Source: a virus
Virus record (IMG/VR): IMGVR_UViG_3300002835_007718
Coordinates: 20,023 to 84,022 of that record
Reading direction: 5' to 3' (one strand)
DNA length: 64,000 nucleotides
Shown: one piece after another, positions 20,203 through 29,488 of the stretch
Layout of the letters: each line of letters starts with the position of its first letter
Position numbering within the stretch: position 1 is the first letter of the stretch
Program-made: the position numbers and the translations under genes
The notes under the pieces: model-generated
What the model was told of the DNA's origin: nothing
Seen by the model: only the letters and a program-made list of their open reading frames with translations
Database searches by the model: none

Positions 20203-21332
20203 TAATTTAGTTGTTTATGTAGTTCTTGAATCATTTTATCTTCATTCAAAGATAGTTCCATTGCTCGTTGAAGTGACAAATTGTCTTGTTTTTTTCTGAA
20301 AGTGTCATCATCCAACATCTTGTCTAAATACCCAAAGAATTCCTTTTTTGTTTTGAAGAACATTCCGTTGGGGTCAATTTCGTGATAACAATCGGATTCT
20401 TGCCAAATCATCGCAGTTCCATTCATCATACAATCAGTTCCACTTACCGACCAACCATAATTAGTTTGTCTCATCTGAACACCAACCTTACATTTTTGAA
20501 GTTGTTGATAGTATTCGTTTTTTGCTAACTTTGTATTGTCAATCCAACCAAATGGAACTTTACCAGTTAATTGTGGAATCCACACTATAAAATCTTGTCG
20601 TTGGGTATGATACTCTTCCATCAACTCAATAAACTTTGGATATCCTTTGTAAGCTGCTGGTCGGTGGTTAAATACGATAATGTTTTCTTTTGTATCTTTT
20701 ATTTGAGTTACAACTTTATTTTGTGGTAATCCTAAATTCCATACTTTTAGAATATCATCCAATTTGTTAGTAAATTCTTCATTGAATACTTCCTTTGCCT
20801 CTAATAATACCCTATTTTTTTGGTCTTGCGTGTTAAGATAGCAAGTATCCATTTGAGATACTCCCATCAATTCAATAGGTAACCACAACCACTTTGCCTT
20901 ACCTTCTCTATTGTCAGGTCCGTTACACGATTTCATTTCCCACCAATGACAATAACCCACAATTTTCATGTCCATTGATTTTTTGTATCTACCGACTTGA
21001 GGCCAATCCGGCAAATGTGAATAGATTACATCATAATCAATATCCTTCAGAACTTTTATGAGGTCACTTGATGGAAATGCTCTTTGATTCATCATATCGC
21101 CTGGAATGTGAATCTCAACTTGTTTTACATTTGGTAGGTTCAACTTTTTAGTAACACTACCCTTTGGAACTAATACATTCCAATAGTATTCACCATAGTT
21201 TTCTAACGCTTTGATGTGATTATGGATTACATCAATGAATGAATCCTTTTCAATGTTAGATGAATTTGTTATGTTCGGAATTACCAACACCTTTCTGGCG
21301 TTTTTGTAATCTACTGATTCCCAAAAGTTCAT
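20202..21332 (-). CDS. GT-B glycosyltransferase, possibly DNA-acting
   Basis: IVFNHR...KG and YGWSVSGTDCMMNG (degenerate GT4 motif); overlaps the PolB start. Confidence 0.6.
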   Translation of the reverse strand: MNFWESVDYKNARKVLVIPNITNSSNIEKDSFIDVIHNHIKALENYGEYYWNVLVPKGSVTKKLNLPNVKQVEIHIPGDMMNQRAFPSSDLIKVLKDIDYDVIYSHLPDWPQVGRYKKSMDMKIVGYCHWWEMKSCNGPDNREGKAKWLWLPIELMGVSQMDTCYLNTQDQKNRVLLEAKEVFNEEFTNKLDDILKVWNLGLPQNKVVTQIKDTKENIIVFNHRPAAYKGYPKFIELMEEYHTQRQDFIVWIPQLTGKVPFGWIDNTKLAKNEYYQQLQKCKVGVQMRQTNYGWSVSGTDCMMNGTAMIWQESDCYHEIDPNGMFFKTKKEFFGYLDKMLDDDTFRKKQDNLSLQRAMELSLNEDKMIQELHKQLN

Positions 21333-21338
21333 TTACGT

Positions 21339-22058
21339 TTATTTATTTTTTACTAAAAAAGTTTTCCAATTTTTAACCAATGGTTTTAGGAATACCTTTT
21401 TAATAGGTGACTCCGTTATTACATAGTGTTCTCTACCCACAGCGTATCTCTTAATAGCTTCTTTAGGATGGTTTCTAGCCATTTCACCTCTCGTAGAGTT
21501 TTCACGCTGCCATAATAGTAATGGTGCTTTTTTAATAGAGTTACCTAATGTTTCACCGACCGCTATCCAATTATCTGCTAAGTATACTGCGCCATTTCTT
21601 TTGTTGTCGGACCCATCTATTAAGGGTTGAACGAATGTTTCTAACATTATTAGGTCATCACCATACTTTTCTTTCCATCGTTTAGAACCAATCTCTCTTA
21701 ATAATTTAAGAGCCATCGTTCCTGCATTTGGTATACCATTATCAGGAATCAAACAAAATCTATAATTGTTAGCTACTTTGTTTGAATTCTTTAATCGAGT
21801 ATCTTTGTCCCAACCTATCCAATTATCTCTTGCGCCAATAGCTAATACACAAGATGAAATGCCAATAGCCCCAATGGGTTTACTATCTAATGTTCTATAA
21901 ATAATGTAGTTTATTCTTCGCTGTGGAACATCCTTATACTTAACATACGAATGGTATGTATTTATAATATCTCTAAATATTTTGGTTTGATTTGAATTCA
22001 AACATTCTTGTAGAAATATGGGATAATCATAATTATTTGTATAATCAAAAAATGACAT
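21339..22058 (-). CDS. DUF4338 (DruA-like) protein, short form
   Basis: ARDNWIGW, NNYRFCLIP, LETFV and GAVYLADNWIAVGETLG. Confidence 0.75.
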   Translation of the reverse strand: MSFFDYTNNYDYPIFLQECLNSNQTKIFRDIINTYHSYVKYKDVPQRRINYIIYRTLDSKPIGAIGISSCVLAIGARDNWIGWDKDTRLKNSNKVANNYRFCLIPDNGIPNAGTMALKLLREIGSKRWKEKYGDDLIMLETFVQPLIDGSDNKRNGAVYLADNWIAVGETLGNSIKKAPLLLWQRENSTRGEMARNHPKEAIKRYAVGREHYVITESPIKKVFLKPLVKNWKTFLVKNK

Positions 22059-22069
22059 ATAATCGGTTA

Positions 22070-22543
22070 CTACTTATTTTTAGAGTTTAAAAAGTTAAAG
22101 AATTTTTTAAATCCAACTGATTTGTTTTTTCGTAATATGCCGGCGCTTTCCATTTCTTTAACATCCTCTTTTCCAATTTCAATAAATCGGAGATTTGACA
22201 TTTCTCGGAAATCAATACCAACAAAGAAATCCAAAGAATTCATTTTTTCATTAAAACCATTTTCGGTTACCTTTCTACCATACCCAACTTCTTTAGAAGA
22301 AGCAAATGAAATTTTTTCGGTGATTGAACGAACTTCAATTCGTTCACCATTTACACCATCAACATCATAAGAAGAACCTTCAGATTTTGCTCGTTGAGCT
22401 CCTATTTTATTAGCGTAAATAAACTCACCTAAACGACCAACAATTCGACCATCATTTAAAAATGCAATAACTTCAGATTCACTAAGTCCTAATCCTTCAG
22501 CTACTTTTTTCAAATTCAATTTGTGTGAAAATCGTTCTTTCAT
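22070..22543 (-). CDS. Putative PD-(D/E)XK restriction-endonuclease-like protein
   Basis: GRLGEFIYA...SYDVDG...RIEVRS gives an E..D..ExR pattern; start MKERF lies after a promoter. Confidence 0.45.
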   Translation of the reverse strand: MKERFSHKLNLKKVAEGLGLSESEVIAFLNDGRIVGRLGEFIYANKIGAQRAKSEGSSYDVDGVNGERIEVRSITEKISFASSKEVGYGRKVTENGFNEKMNSLDFFVGIDFREMSNLRFIEIGKEDVKEMESAGILRKNKSVGFKKFFNFLNSKNK

Positions 22544-22559
22544 ATCGTGTCTCTCAATT

Positions 22560-22600
22560 ACAAGTCTAATATACAAAAAAGATGTGATACACACAAGCTT
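22560..22600 (-). promoter_or_regulatory. Host-type promoter
   Basis: Minus strand CTTG...TTTTTTGTATATTAGACTTG. Confidence 0.55.
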
Positions 22601-22608
22601 TTTTTAAT

Positions 22609-22824
22609 TTATTTTTCTAATATCATATAAGTTACACAATCACATTCCATCTCCTGAAATACATCATCATAGATAACCTTTCGGATATCATCAGTATCAT
22701 AATACTCACCCAACTTACCGGAGTGTGTAGGTAGTGGATTTAAAGATTCAACATACGATTGAAAATGTGTTCCGATGAATTCATTCACCTTACTTACCAA
22801 CATATAATTTCCTGTCTTCAACAT
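22609..22824 (-). CDS. Hypothetical protein
   Basis: 71-aa ORF downstream of a promoter, with an AAGTTATG start context. Confidence 0.55.
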   Translation of the reverse strand: MLKTGNYMLVSKVNEFIGTHFQSYVESLNPLPTHSGKLGEYYDTDDIRKVIYDDVFQEMECDCVTYMILEK

Positions 22825-22840
22825 AACTTATCTTTTTTAT

Positions 22841-22902
22841 TACATAGTAAAGATACGAATAAATTACGAATTGCCAAAATTTTAATGTTAAGTTTATGTT
22901 AA
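22841..22902 (-). promoter_or_regulatory. Promoter with an upstream TTAACA direct repeat (11-bp phase)
   Basis: Minus strand TTAACA-TAAAC-TTAACA-TTAAAATTTTGG...TTCGTATCTTTAC. Confidence 0.65.
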
Positions 22903-22904
22903 AT

Positions 22905-23699
22905 TTACCAAAAATTTACTTTATTTTCTGGCTCGTAGGTTTCATACCGCTCTCCTTTAGGTAAAATATCATTTACGTTCTTTGGTGGAGTTTCACAAGG
23001 GTGTTTGAGTGAGTTCATCAACTTCTTTTTTTCCGATTTGTTAGTTGGTAGAATTTGAATGTATCTTAATTTAGACATTTCTTTTCTCCGCCAGAACTCT
23101 TTATATCCATCTTTACCAATTTCGGTTTTGAGGTGTTCCAAGTTATGCGAACCCCATCTTGAGAATACAGTTCTTGAGTGAATATATTGACCATTTTCAC
23201 CTTCCAAACAAATACCATAGTTTGGCATCAATTGAATTTTGTTGGTGTCTTGAAACAACCAATTTGTAGCACGATAAATACCACCCAAATGACCTTGGAA
23301 TGGGTCTGAATAGGATAGTAACATCTTAATGTTGGGAGCGTGTTCTCTCATCCATTTAAATGTTTGACCCAAAGCATATGATTCAATATTAGAACCATAC
23401 CCATCGTGAATAAAGAGCCGTGTTAACTCCAAACATTGGTCGTTACCCAATCCATCAATGATTGAGGTTACAGCGGACCTACCAACAGGAAAACCATATA
23501 CAGCGACACCAATCAATTGTTCATCATTACCAAGAATATCCAACTCATCAGTTTTGTAAAATATTCCCAATGAATATCTACACATAGTCCACGCGTGGGA
23601 ATAATGATGAGTTATAATCATATCCTTTGCAATGGCTTTATTTATTTCACGAATTGATACCCGTGAGGTGTCTACATATATCTTATTATCCTCTTTCAA
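22905..23699 (-). CDS. Mom-like adenine-modification enzyme, copy 2
   Basis: HHYSH, ELTRLF..DGYGSNIES and LSYSDP.QGHLGGIYRATNW. Confidence 0.8.
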   Translation of the reverse strand: MKEDNKIYVDTSRVSIREINKAIAKDMIITHHYSHAWTMCRYSLGIFYKTDELDILGNDEQLIGVAVYGFPVGRSAVTSIIDGLGNDQCLELTRLFIHDGYGSNIESYALGQTFKWMREHAPNIKMLLSYSDPFQGHLGGIYRATNWLFQDTNKIQLMPNYGICLEGENGQYIHSRTVFSRWGSHNLEHLKTEIGKDGYKEFWRRKEMSKLRYIQILPTNKSEKKKLMNSLKHPCETPPKNVNDILPKGERYETYEPENKVNFW

Positions 23700-24444
23700 T
23701 TGGGTCTAATTTGTAGATTTCTTCTATAAACTCTTCGTTTTCCGTTGGATATGGTAGCGATGGGTATTTTAATGATTTTAATATACGACTTTTTTTTGAA
23801 TTATCCAAAATATAAACATATCGGTGTTTTCTCAACTCTTTTTTTATCCAAAAAGGTTGATTTGTCATTTCTTGGATTTTTGTTGGATTATTAGTTCCAA
23901 ACTTTACAAATGATGTGCGTGAGTGAGTCCAGTCACCCCCCTCTTCCCACTTAAATAACCATGAATCGTTGGGTCTGATACGATTACCTTGATAAATCCA
24001 ATTTGTAGACATATAAACAGTTCCCTTATGACCCACCTTTGGGTCGGAGTAAGAGATAAGTGCTCGGATGTGAGAAGCGTTTTCTCTTAACCATTTAAAG
24101 GTTTGACCTACAAACCAACTTTCTACATTACACCCATACCCATCAAAAACAAATAATCGTGTAAGTTCAAGAACTTCAGTTCGGTCAAGAAGTGGTGAAA
24201 TAGACTGACCCGAATGTCTACCTATGGGGTCTCCATATGTAGCAACTCCAACTAACTCTTCATTTACACCACTAAAAAATTGATGCTCTTCTTCTGATTT
24301 GTAGAAAAGTCCTAATGCATATGATACCTTTGTCCAAATATGAGCATAGTGGTGATTTACCACGATTTCTTTAGCTACCGATTTTGAAATAGGTCTAACT
24401 GAAAATTTAGATGGGTCGAAATATACCTTACCTTCTACTTTCAT
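23686..24444 (-). CDS. Mom-like adenine-modification enzyme, copy 3
   Basis: HHYAH, ELTRLF..DGYGCNVES and ISYSDP..GHKGTVYMSTNW; paralog of copy 2. Confidence 0.8.
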   Translation of the reverse strand: MKVEGKVYFDPSKFSVRPISKSVAKEIVVNHHYAHIWTKVSYALGLFYKSEEEHQFFSGVNEELVGVATYGDPIGRHSGQSISPLLDRTEVLELTRLFVFDGYGCNVESWFVGQTFKWLRENASHIRALISYSDPKVGHKGTVYMSTNWIYQGNRIRPNDSWLFKWEEGGDWTHSRTSFVKFGTNNPTKIQEMTNQPFWIKKELRKHRYVYILDNSKKSRILKSLKYPSLPYPTENEEFIEEIYKLDPIERG

Positions 24445-24659
24445 TGATAATCATTAAATTCTCCAAAAAGTATATGAGTCCAAGTTTCACCTTTTACAAT
24501 TTTACGGATGTTCGTAGGAGATACCCCATTATTATGAGCAAGAACACGAATATTTCGGTGTCCGATAGCCCATAGTTTTCGGATTGCCTTTACTTGGGTT
24601 TCCGTGAGTTTATGTTGTGGGTGTGATTCTCCTCTTAACGACATCTTAAATCTCTTCAT
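24441..24659 (-). CDS. Small HTH DNA-binding protein (HNH-endonuclease-associated type)
   Basis: GESHPQHKLTETQVKAIR...GVSPTNIRKIVKGETW. Confidence 0.65.
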   Translation of the reverse strand: MKRFKMSLRGESHPQHKLTETQVKAIRKLWAIGHRNIRVLAHNNGVSPTNIRKIVKGETWTHILFGEFNDYQ

Positions 24660-25080
24660 TAAATTCTATTTTCAACTGACTAGCATCATTATTCCATGCG
24701 TTGTATACAATCTTACCCAAATCAGGTTTGATATAGTTTGGACCTTTTAATATTTTACCATCTTCACGATAGACTGGCTTACCATCTAACCCCAACTTTG
24801 ACATATTAGAACGATGAACCTCATCAAAACATTCTTCAATAATATCTTGCATCCCATGGGCTACAATCGTGCCTAAAAGAATATAAAGTTGGTCGGTTAA
24901 GGCGTCAGCAATTTCAATTGGGTCATCCATTTCATTAGCATGAATATATTCATCTAATTCTTCTTTACCAAGGTTATATCGTAAGTATCCCATGGTATCA
25001 CTTTGACTACAAGGTGAAGTTTCGATAGTGTGTCCAAATGTGCTATGGAATTCAACAAGCTTTTTTAATTGGTCTTTCAT
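24646..25080 (-). CDS. MazG-like/PRA-PH NTP pyrophosphohydrolase
   Basis: EELDEY, EIADALTD and EVHRSNMSKLG.DGKP.YREDGKILKG. Confidence 0.9.
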   Translation of the reverse strand: MKDQLKKLVEFHSTFGHTIETSPCSQSDTMGYLRYNLGKEELDEYIHANEMDDPIEIADALTDQLYILLGTIVAHGMQDIIEECFDEVHRSNMSKLGLDGKPVYREDGKILKGPNYIKPDLGKIVYNAWNNDASQLKIEFNEEI

Positions 25081-25400
25081 TTTGTCTTTATCATTTTTGC
25101 TTCAGCTGAAGTGTATCGGTCGTGTTTATGAATTGGGGTTTTAATTTTATTTTTATATGATTTTTCAATTGCTTTAATACACTTTTTAAGTGCATCCCAT
25201 TGTCCCCAAGTAATATGAAATTTCTTTTCACCACTAACATCATCAATGTGAATATCATATCCTTCACCATTACTCCATTCGGTTACTTCTAAGAAATCGC
25301 CTTTATCTTTTCTTTCAGCCATTGAGAATAGACAAAAATCTTTTAATTCTACAAACGCTGCGTTTCTTTTATTAATTTCTATTTTTGGTTTGTTTTCCAT
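25077..25400 (-). CDS. Hypothetical phage protein
   Basis: 107 aa with EVTEWSNGEGYDI; first gene after a promoter. Confidence 0.65.
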   Translation of the reverse strand: MENKPKIEINKRNAAFVELKDFCLFSMAERKDKGDFLEVTEWSNGEGYDIHIDDVSGEKKFHITWGQWDALKKCIKAIEKSYKNKIKTPIHKHDRYTSAEAKMIKTK

Positions 25401-25420
25401 AACTTTTATTTTTTATTAGA

Positions 25421-25455
25421 AGTCTAATATACGAAATAATTTTGGATTATACAAC
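25421..25455 (-). promoter_or_regulatory. Host-type promoter
   Basis: Minus strand TTGTATAATCCAAAATTATTTCGTATATTAG, near-identical to the 16834 promoter. Confidence 0.65.
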
Positions 25456-25484
25456 ACTTTTTTAAACTTTATTATCAATACCAA

Positions 25485-26579
25485 TCATAAATCACTTATT
25501 TTTTTAAGAGCCGATGCAACAACTTGATGCATATCATAGTATTTGTATTCTGCTAATCTACCACCAAAAATAACTTTGTCATTGTCAGCCAGTTCTTTGT
25601 ATTTTTTATACTTCGTGTTGTTATTTTCATCATTAACAGGATAAAATGGTTCTACACCTCGTGTATATTCTTGTGGAAATTCCATACTAACCCAAGTTGT
25701 TTTTTGATTTTGATTATCAAAATATTTGTGTTCAATAATTCTTGTGAATGAATTATCACTATCAGTATAGTTCATTACAGCACACCCTTGATAATTGTCA
25801 GTATTAATTTTCATGGTATCCCAACGAACGGATTTATATTCTAAATCACCAAATTGATAATTAAAATACTTGTCAATAGGGCCTGTATAAATTACTTTAA
25901 TAGCTAGGTCATCCCAATACTCTTTGTTTTCCAAATAGTCACAATTTGTATAGACCTTAATACCCTTTAACATTTTTTCAAATATTTGAGTATATCCTCC
26001 AATAGGAATACCTTGATATTTGTCGTTAAAATAGTTGTTATCATATGTAAATCTTACTGGCAATCTTTTTATGATTGAGGCTGGTAGTTCCGTAGCAGAC
26101 TTTCGCCATTGTTTTTCAGTATACCCTTTAATTAACTTTTCATAGATGTCTTTACCTACCAATGAAAGAGCTTGTTCTTCAAGATTGGTAATTTTACCAT
26201 TAAATCGTTGCTCTTCAATCTTTTGCCGTGCTTCATTAGGAGTCGTAACCCCCCACATCTGATTAAAAGTCCACATATTGAATGGTAAAGAGTAAATTTC
26301 ACCTTTATAGTTAGCAACAGGATTTAACTGAAATTGATTAAATTCAGCAAATTGATTAATATACTCCCAAATCCCTTTATCGTTAGTATGGAAAATGTGA
26401 GGTCCATATTTGTGAATATGAACCCCATCTTGATTTTCCGTGTAACAATTACCACCAATGTGGTCTCTTTTTTCAAGAACCAACACCGATTTTCCTTGTT
26501 TATTTAACTCGTGGGCGCATATTGAACCAAACAATCCAGAACCTACAATAATATAATCGTATTTAGAGGTTATTGACAT
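25485..26579 (-). CDS. glf: UDP-galactopyranose mutase
   Basis: IVGSGLFG, HIGGNCY, HKYGPHIFHT and GRLAEYKYYDMHQ. Confidence 0.95.
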   Translation of the reverse strand: MSITSKYDYIIVGSGLFGSICAHELNKQGKSVLVLEKRDHIGGNCYTENQDGVHIHKYGPHIFHTNDKGIWEYINQFAEFNQFQLNPVANYKGEIYSLPFNMWTFNQMWGVTTPNEARQKIEEQRFNGKITNLEEQALSLVGKDIYEKLIKGYTEKQWRKSATELPASIIKRLPVRFTYDNNYFNDKYQGIPIGGYTQIFEKMLKGIKVYTNCDYLENKEYWDDLAIKVIYTGPIDKYFNYQFGDLEYKSVRWDTMKINTDNYQGCAVMNYTDSDNSFTRIIEHKYFDNQNQKTTWVSMEFPQEYTRGVEPFYPVNDENNNTKYKKYKELADNDKVIFGGRLAEYKYYDMHQVVASALKKISDL

Positions 26580-27678
26580 AGTTTAGTGCTTTAGCGTGTA
26601 ATTCATTACACAAATTTCCAGTATCACAATATGCGTTATTTTCAATTAAAAATGAATAATCAGGAAAAGGGTTTTTACGAGATGGGTTTACTAAAATAGA
26701 TGTAATATTTAACATATTTCTATACTGACCTAGTTGTTCGTAGTAATTAACCAATGATAAGTAATGTTCATTTCTATATGGATTAAATTCAGTAGCTTTT
26801 GTGTAATAAAATAAAGCGTTGTCAACCTCACCTAAAAATTGATATGCATTTGCTACAAGCATCATAGCATAGTATCCCATATCATCCATTTTTTTTGGAT
26901 GATGTTGTTTGAACCAATCGTGATTTTGATTTAAATACATTTCATAATAAAAAATACATCTACGGGCGTATTCTCTAGCGTGATGTTCTCCAAATGGTAG
27001 ATTTTTAACATCATTGTAACCATCATTATATGACTTCGCGATATACCATAAATGATATGAATCCTCAAGCACTTTATTACTTGGAACTTTATCCAATTCT
27101 AATGTTAAAGCATCAGTAATAAATTTCATAGGGGCAAACCAAGTTTCACCATCGTTTGTAATAATTTGCCTAAATGATTTCGGTAATGGTAATCTCTGAA
27201 AATCTTCGCCAACATCAGGTAACCAAATTGTTTCATGTCGCTTATCATGTTGAAAATACCATGGAAGTTTTGCATTCCACATCCAAGTTCGGAAATATAA
27301 TGAGTTACCAGGATCAGCTACAATATTCCATGATTGAACCGATGTATCATTTAGAATAGACCAATCAAAATTAACATCAACTTGTAATTGTTCATCAGCA
27401 TCCATACGAAGAATCCAATCACACCCATGATTTGCTTTTAAACAAGTTTGTAAAGTGTGGTCACGATTCCAACCTGGATATTCCCATTTAGTTTCGTAAG
27501 TAAAGCCAGAAATACCACGACTCTGAAAAAACTCGTCAATGATATTTCTGGTATTATCGTTACCATTACATTGAATTACATAGTAATCAATATAATCTAC
27601 AACTGATTGTAACATTCGTGTAATTGTTGCTTCTTCGTTTCCGACCATTGCATTTACACATATTTTTGTTTGTTTCAT
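26563..27678 (-). CDS. GT2 glycosyltransferase with a C-terminal TPR-like region
   Basis: NEEATITRML and WILRMDADE (DxD); helical ANAYQFLGEVDNALFYY segment. Confidence 0.75.
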   Translation of the reverse strand: MKQTKICVNAMVGNEEATITRMLQSVVDYIDYYVIQCNGNDNTRNIIDEFFQSRGISGFTYETKWEYPGWNRDHTLQTCLKANHGCDWILRMDADEQLQVDVNFDWSILNDTSVQSWNIVADPGNSLYFRTWMWNAKLPWYFQHDKRHETIWLPDVGEDFQRLPLPKSFRQIITNDGETWFAPMKFITDALTLELDKVPSNKVLEDSYHLWYIAKSYNDGYNDVKNLPFGEHHAREYARRCIFYYEMYLNQNHDWFKQHHPKKMDDMGYYAMMLVANAYQFLGEVDNALFYYTKATEFNPYRNEHYLSLVNYYEQLGQYRNMLNITSILVNPSRKNPFPDYSFLIENNAYCDTGNLCNELHAKALNYVNNL

Positions 27679-27694
27679 AACTTTTTATTTTTGT

Positions 27695-29482
27695 TTATCC
27701 ATCACAACTTAAACAATCAGGATCAGTAGCTTTTGTAGCAATATCACCACGAAGAACTGATTCTGTTCTCATATAATAAAGGGTTTTAATACCCAACTTC
27801 CATGCTTCCATGTGAACTTGATTAATCCACTTTGGAGTTGCTTGAGTTGGAAACGCCAAGTTTAACGAAACTGATTGGTCAACATATTGTTGTCTAATAC
27901 CAGCTTGTCTTACCAACTCCAACTGATTGATTTCTTTAAAGGTTTTGTAAATATTCTTAACCCAATCAATTTCATTGTTTTTAAAATTAGATTCAGTCAT
28001 CTCCGAACGATTGGTTAATTTACCATTTAAATACCCCCAATTATCCAACTCATCAATACCTTGAACCGACCCACCATCTGCCAGAATTTGTTCCCAAGTA
28101 TCTTTGTTGTTAATTCCAAGTTTACGAAGCACTCGTTCCAATTCATTATTTTTACGAATAAATGTTCCTTTGGCAGTTTGTTCCGTAAATATGTTCGCAG
28201 CCCATGGTTCAATGCCTGGACTAATATTACCACTTAACTTTGAGTTTGATACCGTTGGAGCAATAGCCATTAAGTGTGTGTTTCTCATACCGGTTCCAAC
28301 ACACCATAGCGGTTCACCATATTCTTCAGCCATAGCGCGAGATGCTCTTTCAGCTTCAATTTTCATTTGAGAAAAAATCTTACGAGTTTCAAATTGAGCA
28401 GGAAGACCTTCAAATGACATACCTTTTTGTTGTAAATAAGTGTGCCATCCAAGAACTCCAAGTCCAAGTGCTCTACCCTTTTCAGCAGAACGAACTGAAT
28501 TTTCAAATCCTCTCATATTCTTGGCTCTTTGAATAAATTCTTCTAATACACCATCTAAAAACCAAGTTGCAGTATAGATAAGGTCGGTATCTTTCCACTC
28601 GTCATATTTAGATAAGTTAATTGAAGACAAACAACATACAAATGAGTGTGATTCATCCGTATGAAGAGTGATTTCAGAACAAATATTGGTCATAAAGACT
28701 TTTAATCCGTTTTGTTTGTAAGCTTCAGGATTAGTCTTGTTTACATTACCCTTAAACATAATATAAGGTTCGCCCGTAGCTTTTCTTTTTTGAAGAACCT
28801 TACCCCACTTCCGCCTTGCTTCAGCGTCACCTTCTTCAAGTTTTCTCATAAATTTATCACCAATAACAACACATTGGTGAAGATTAAGTGATTGTCGGTT
28901 TACATCACCCTTTGGTTCACGAATTTCAATCCATTGGTCAAAATCACCATGGTCAATGTTTAAATTTACTGAAGCAGCCCCTCTACGAACCGAACCTTGG
29001 TTTGTGGCAAGAATAGTTGAATCATAAATTTTAGCAAATGGAACCACACCATCAGATGTGCCATTGCCAGTAATTTTACTACCAGCCGCTCTAATCATAT
29101 TGATGCCAATACCAACACCACCACCATGTTTGGCAAGTAGCATCATTTCAAGGTTTTTTGTTCCAATCTCTTGAATAGAATCACCAACATCAATACCAAA
29201 ACATGATATTGGTAAACCTCTATCAGTACCCGTGTTTGATAATACAGGAGTAGCAAGGTTAAGCCAACCTCTCCATATATAATCAAAAAACTTACTAGCA
29301 AGATGTGGTTTTCCTAATCTCCTAGCGACTGCGGTTGAAACTCTCCAATAAGCATCTTTAGGCGTTTCTCCTGCCAAAAGGTATCCTTTAGAAATAGTTT
29401 TAGTATAAATTTCCGTGTTGCCCCAAACTGGAAAATCGACTCCGATTTCCCACCCAAGGTCTTCTCCATAATTTTTTGCCAT
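27695..29482 (-). CDS. nrdA: Ribonucleotide reductase class I alpha subunit
   Basis: PISCF, TNICSEI, AIAPT, KTLYY and C-terminal CLSCDG. Confidence 0.95.
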   Translation of the reverse strand: MAKNYGEDLGWEIGVDFPVWGNTEIYTKTISKGYLLAGETPKDAYWRVSTAVARRLGKPHLASKFFDYIWRGWLNLATPVLSNTGTDRGLPISCFGIDVGDSIQEIGTKNLEMMLLAKHGGGVGIGINMIRAAGSKITGNGTSDGVVPFAKIYDSTILATNQGSVRRGAASVNLNIDHGDFDQWIEIREPKGDVNRQSLNLHQCVVIGDKFMRKLEEGDAEARRKWGKVLQKRKATGEPYIMFKGNVNKTNPEAYKQNGLKVFMTNICSEITLHTDESHSFVCCLSSINLSKYDEWKDTDLIYTATWFLDGVLEEFIQRAKNMRGFENSVRSAEKGRALGLGVLGWHTYLQQKGMSFEGLPAQFETRKIFSQMKIEAERASRAMAEEYGEPLWCVGTGMRNTHLMAIAPTVSNSKLSGNISPGIEPWAANIFTEQTAKGTFIRKNNELERVLRKLGINNKDTWEQILADGGSVQGIDELDNWGYLNGKLTNRSEMTESNFKNNEIDWVKNIYKTFKEINQLELVRQAGIRQQYVDQSVSLNLAFPTQATPKWINQVHMEAWKLGIKTLYYMRTESVLRGDIATKATDPDCLSCDG

Positions 29483-29488
29483 AATTTA

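Noticed and set aside
14930-22058. Complete Druantia defence system
   Set aside because: Only DruA-like (DUF4338) genes are present, with no large DruE helicase, and the context is phage replication.
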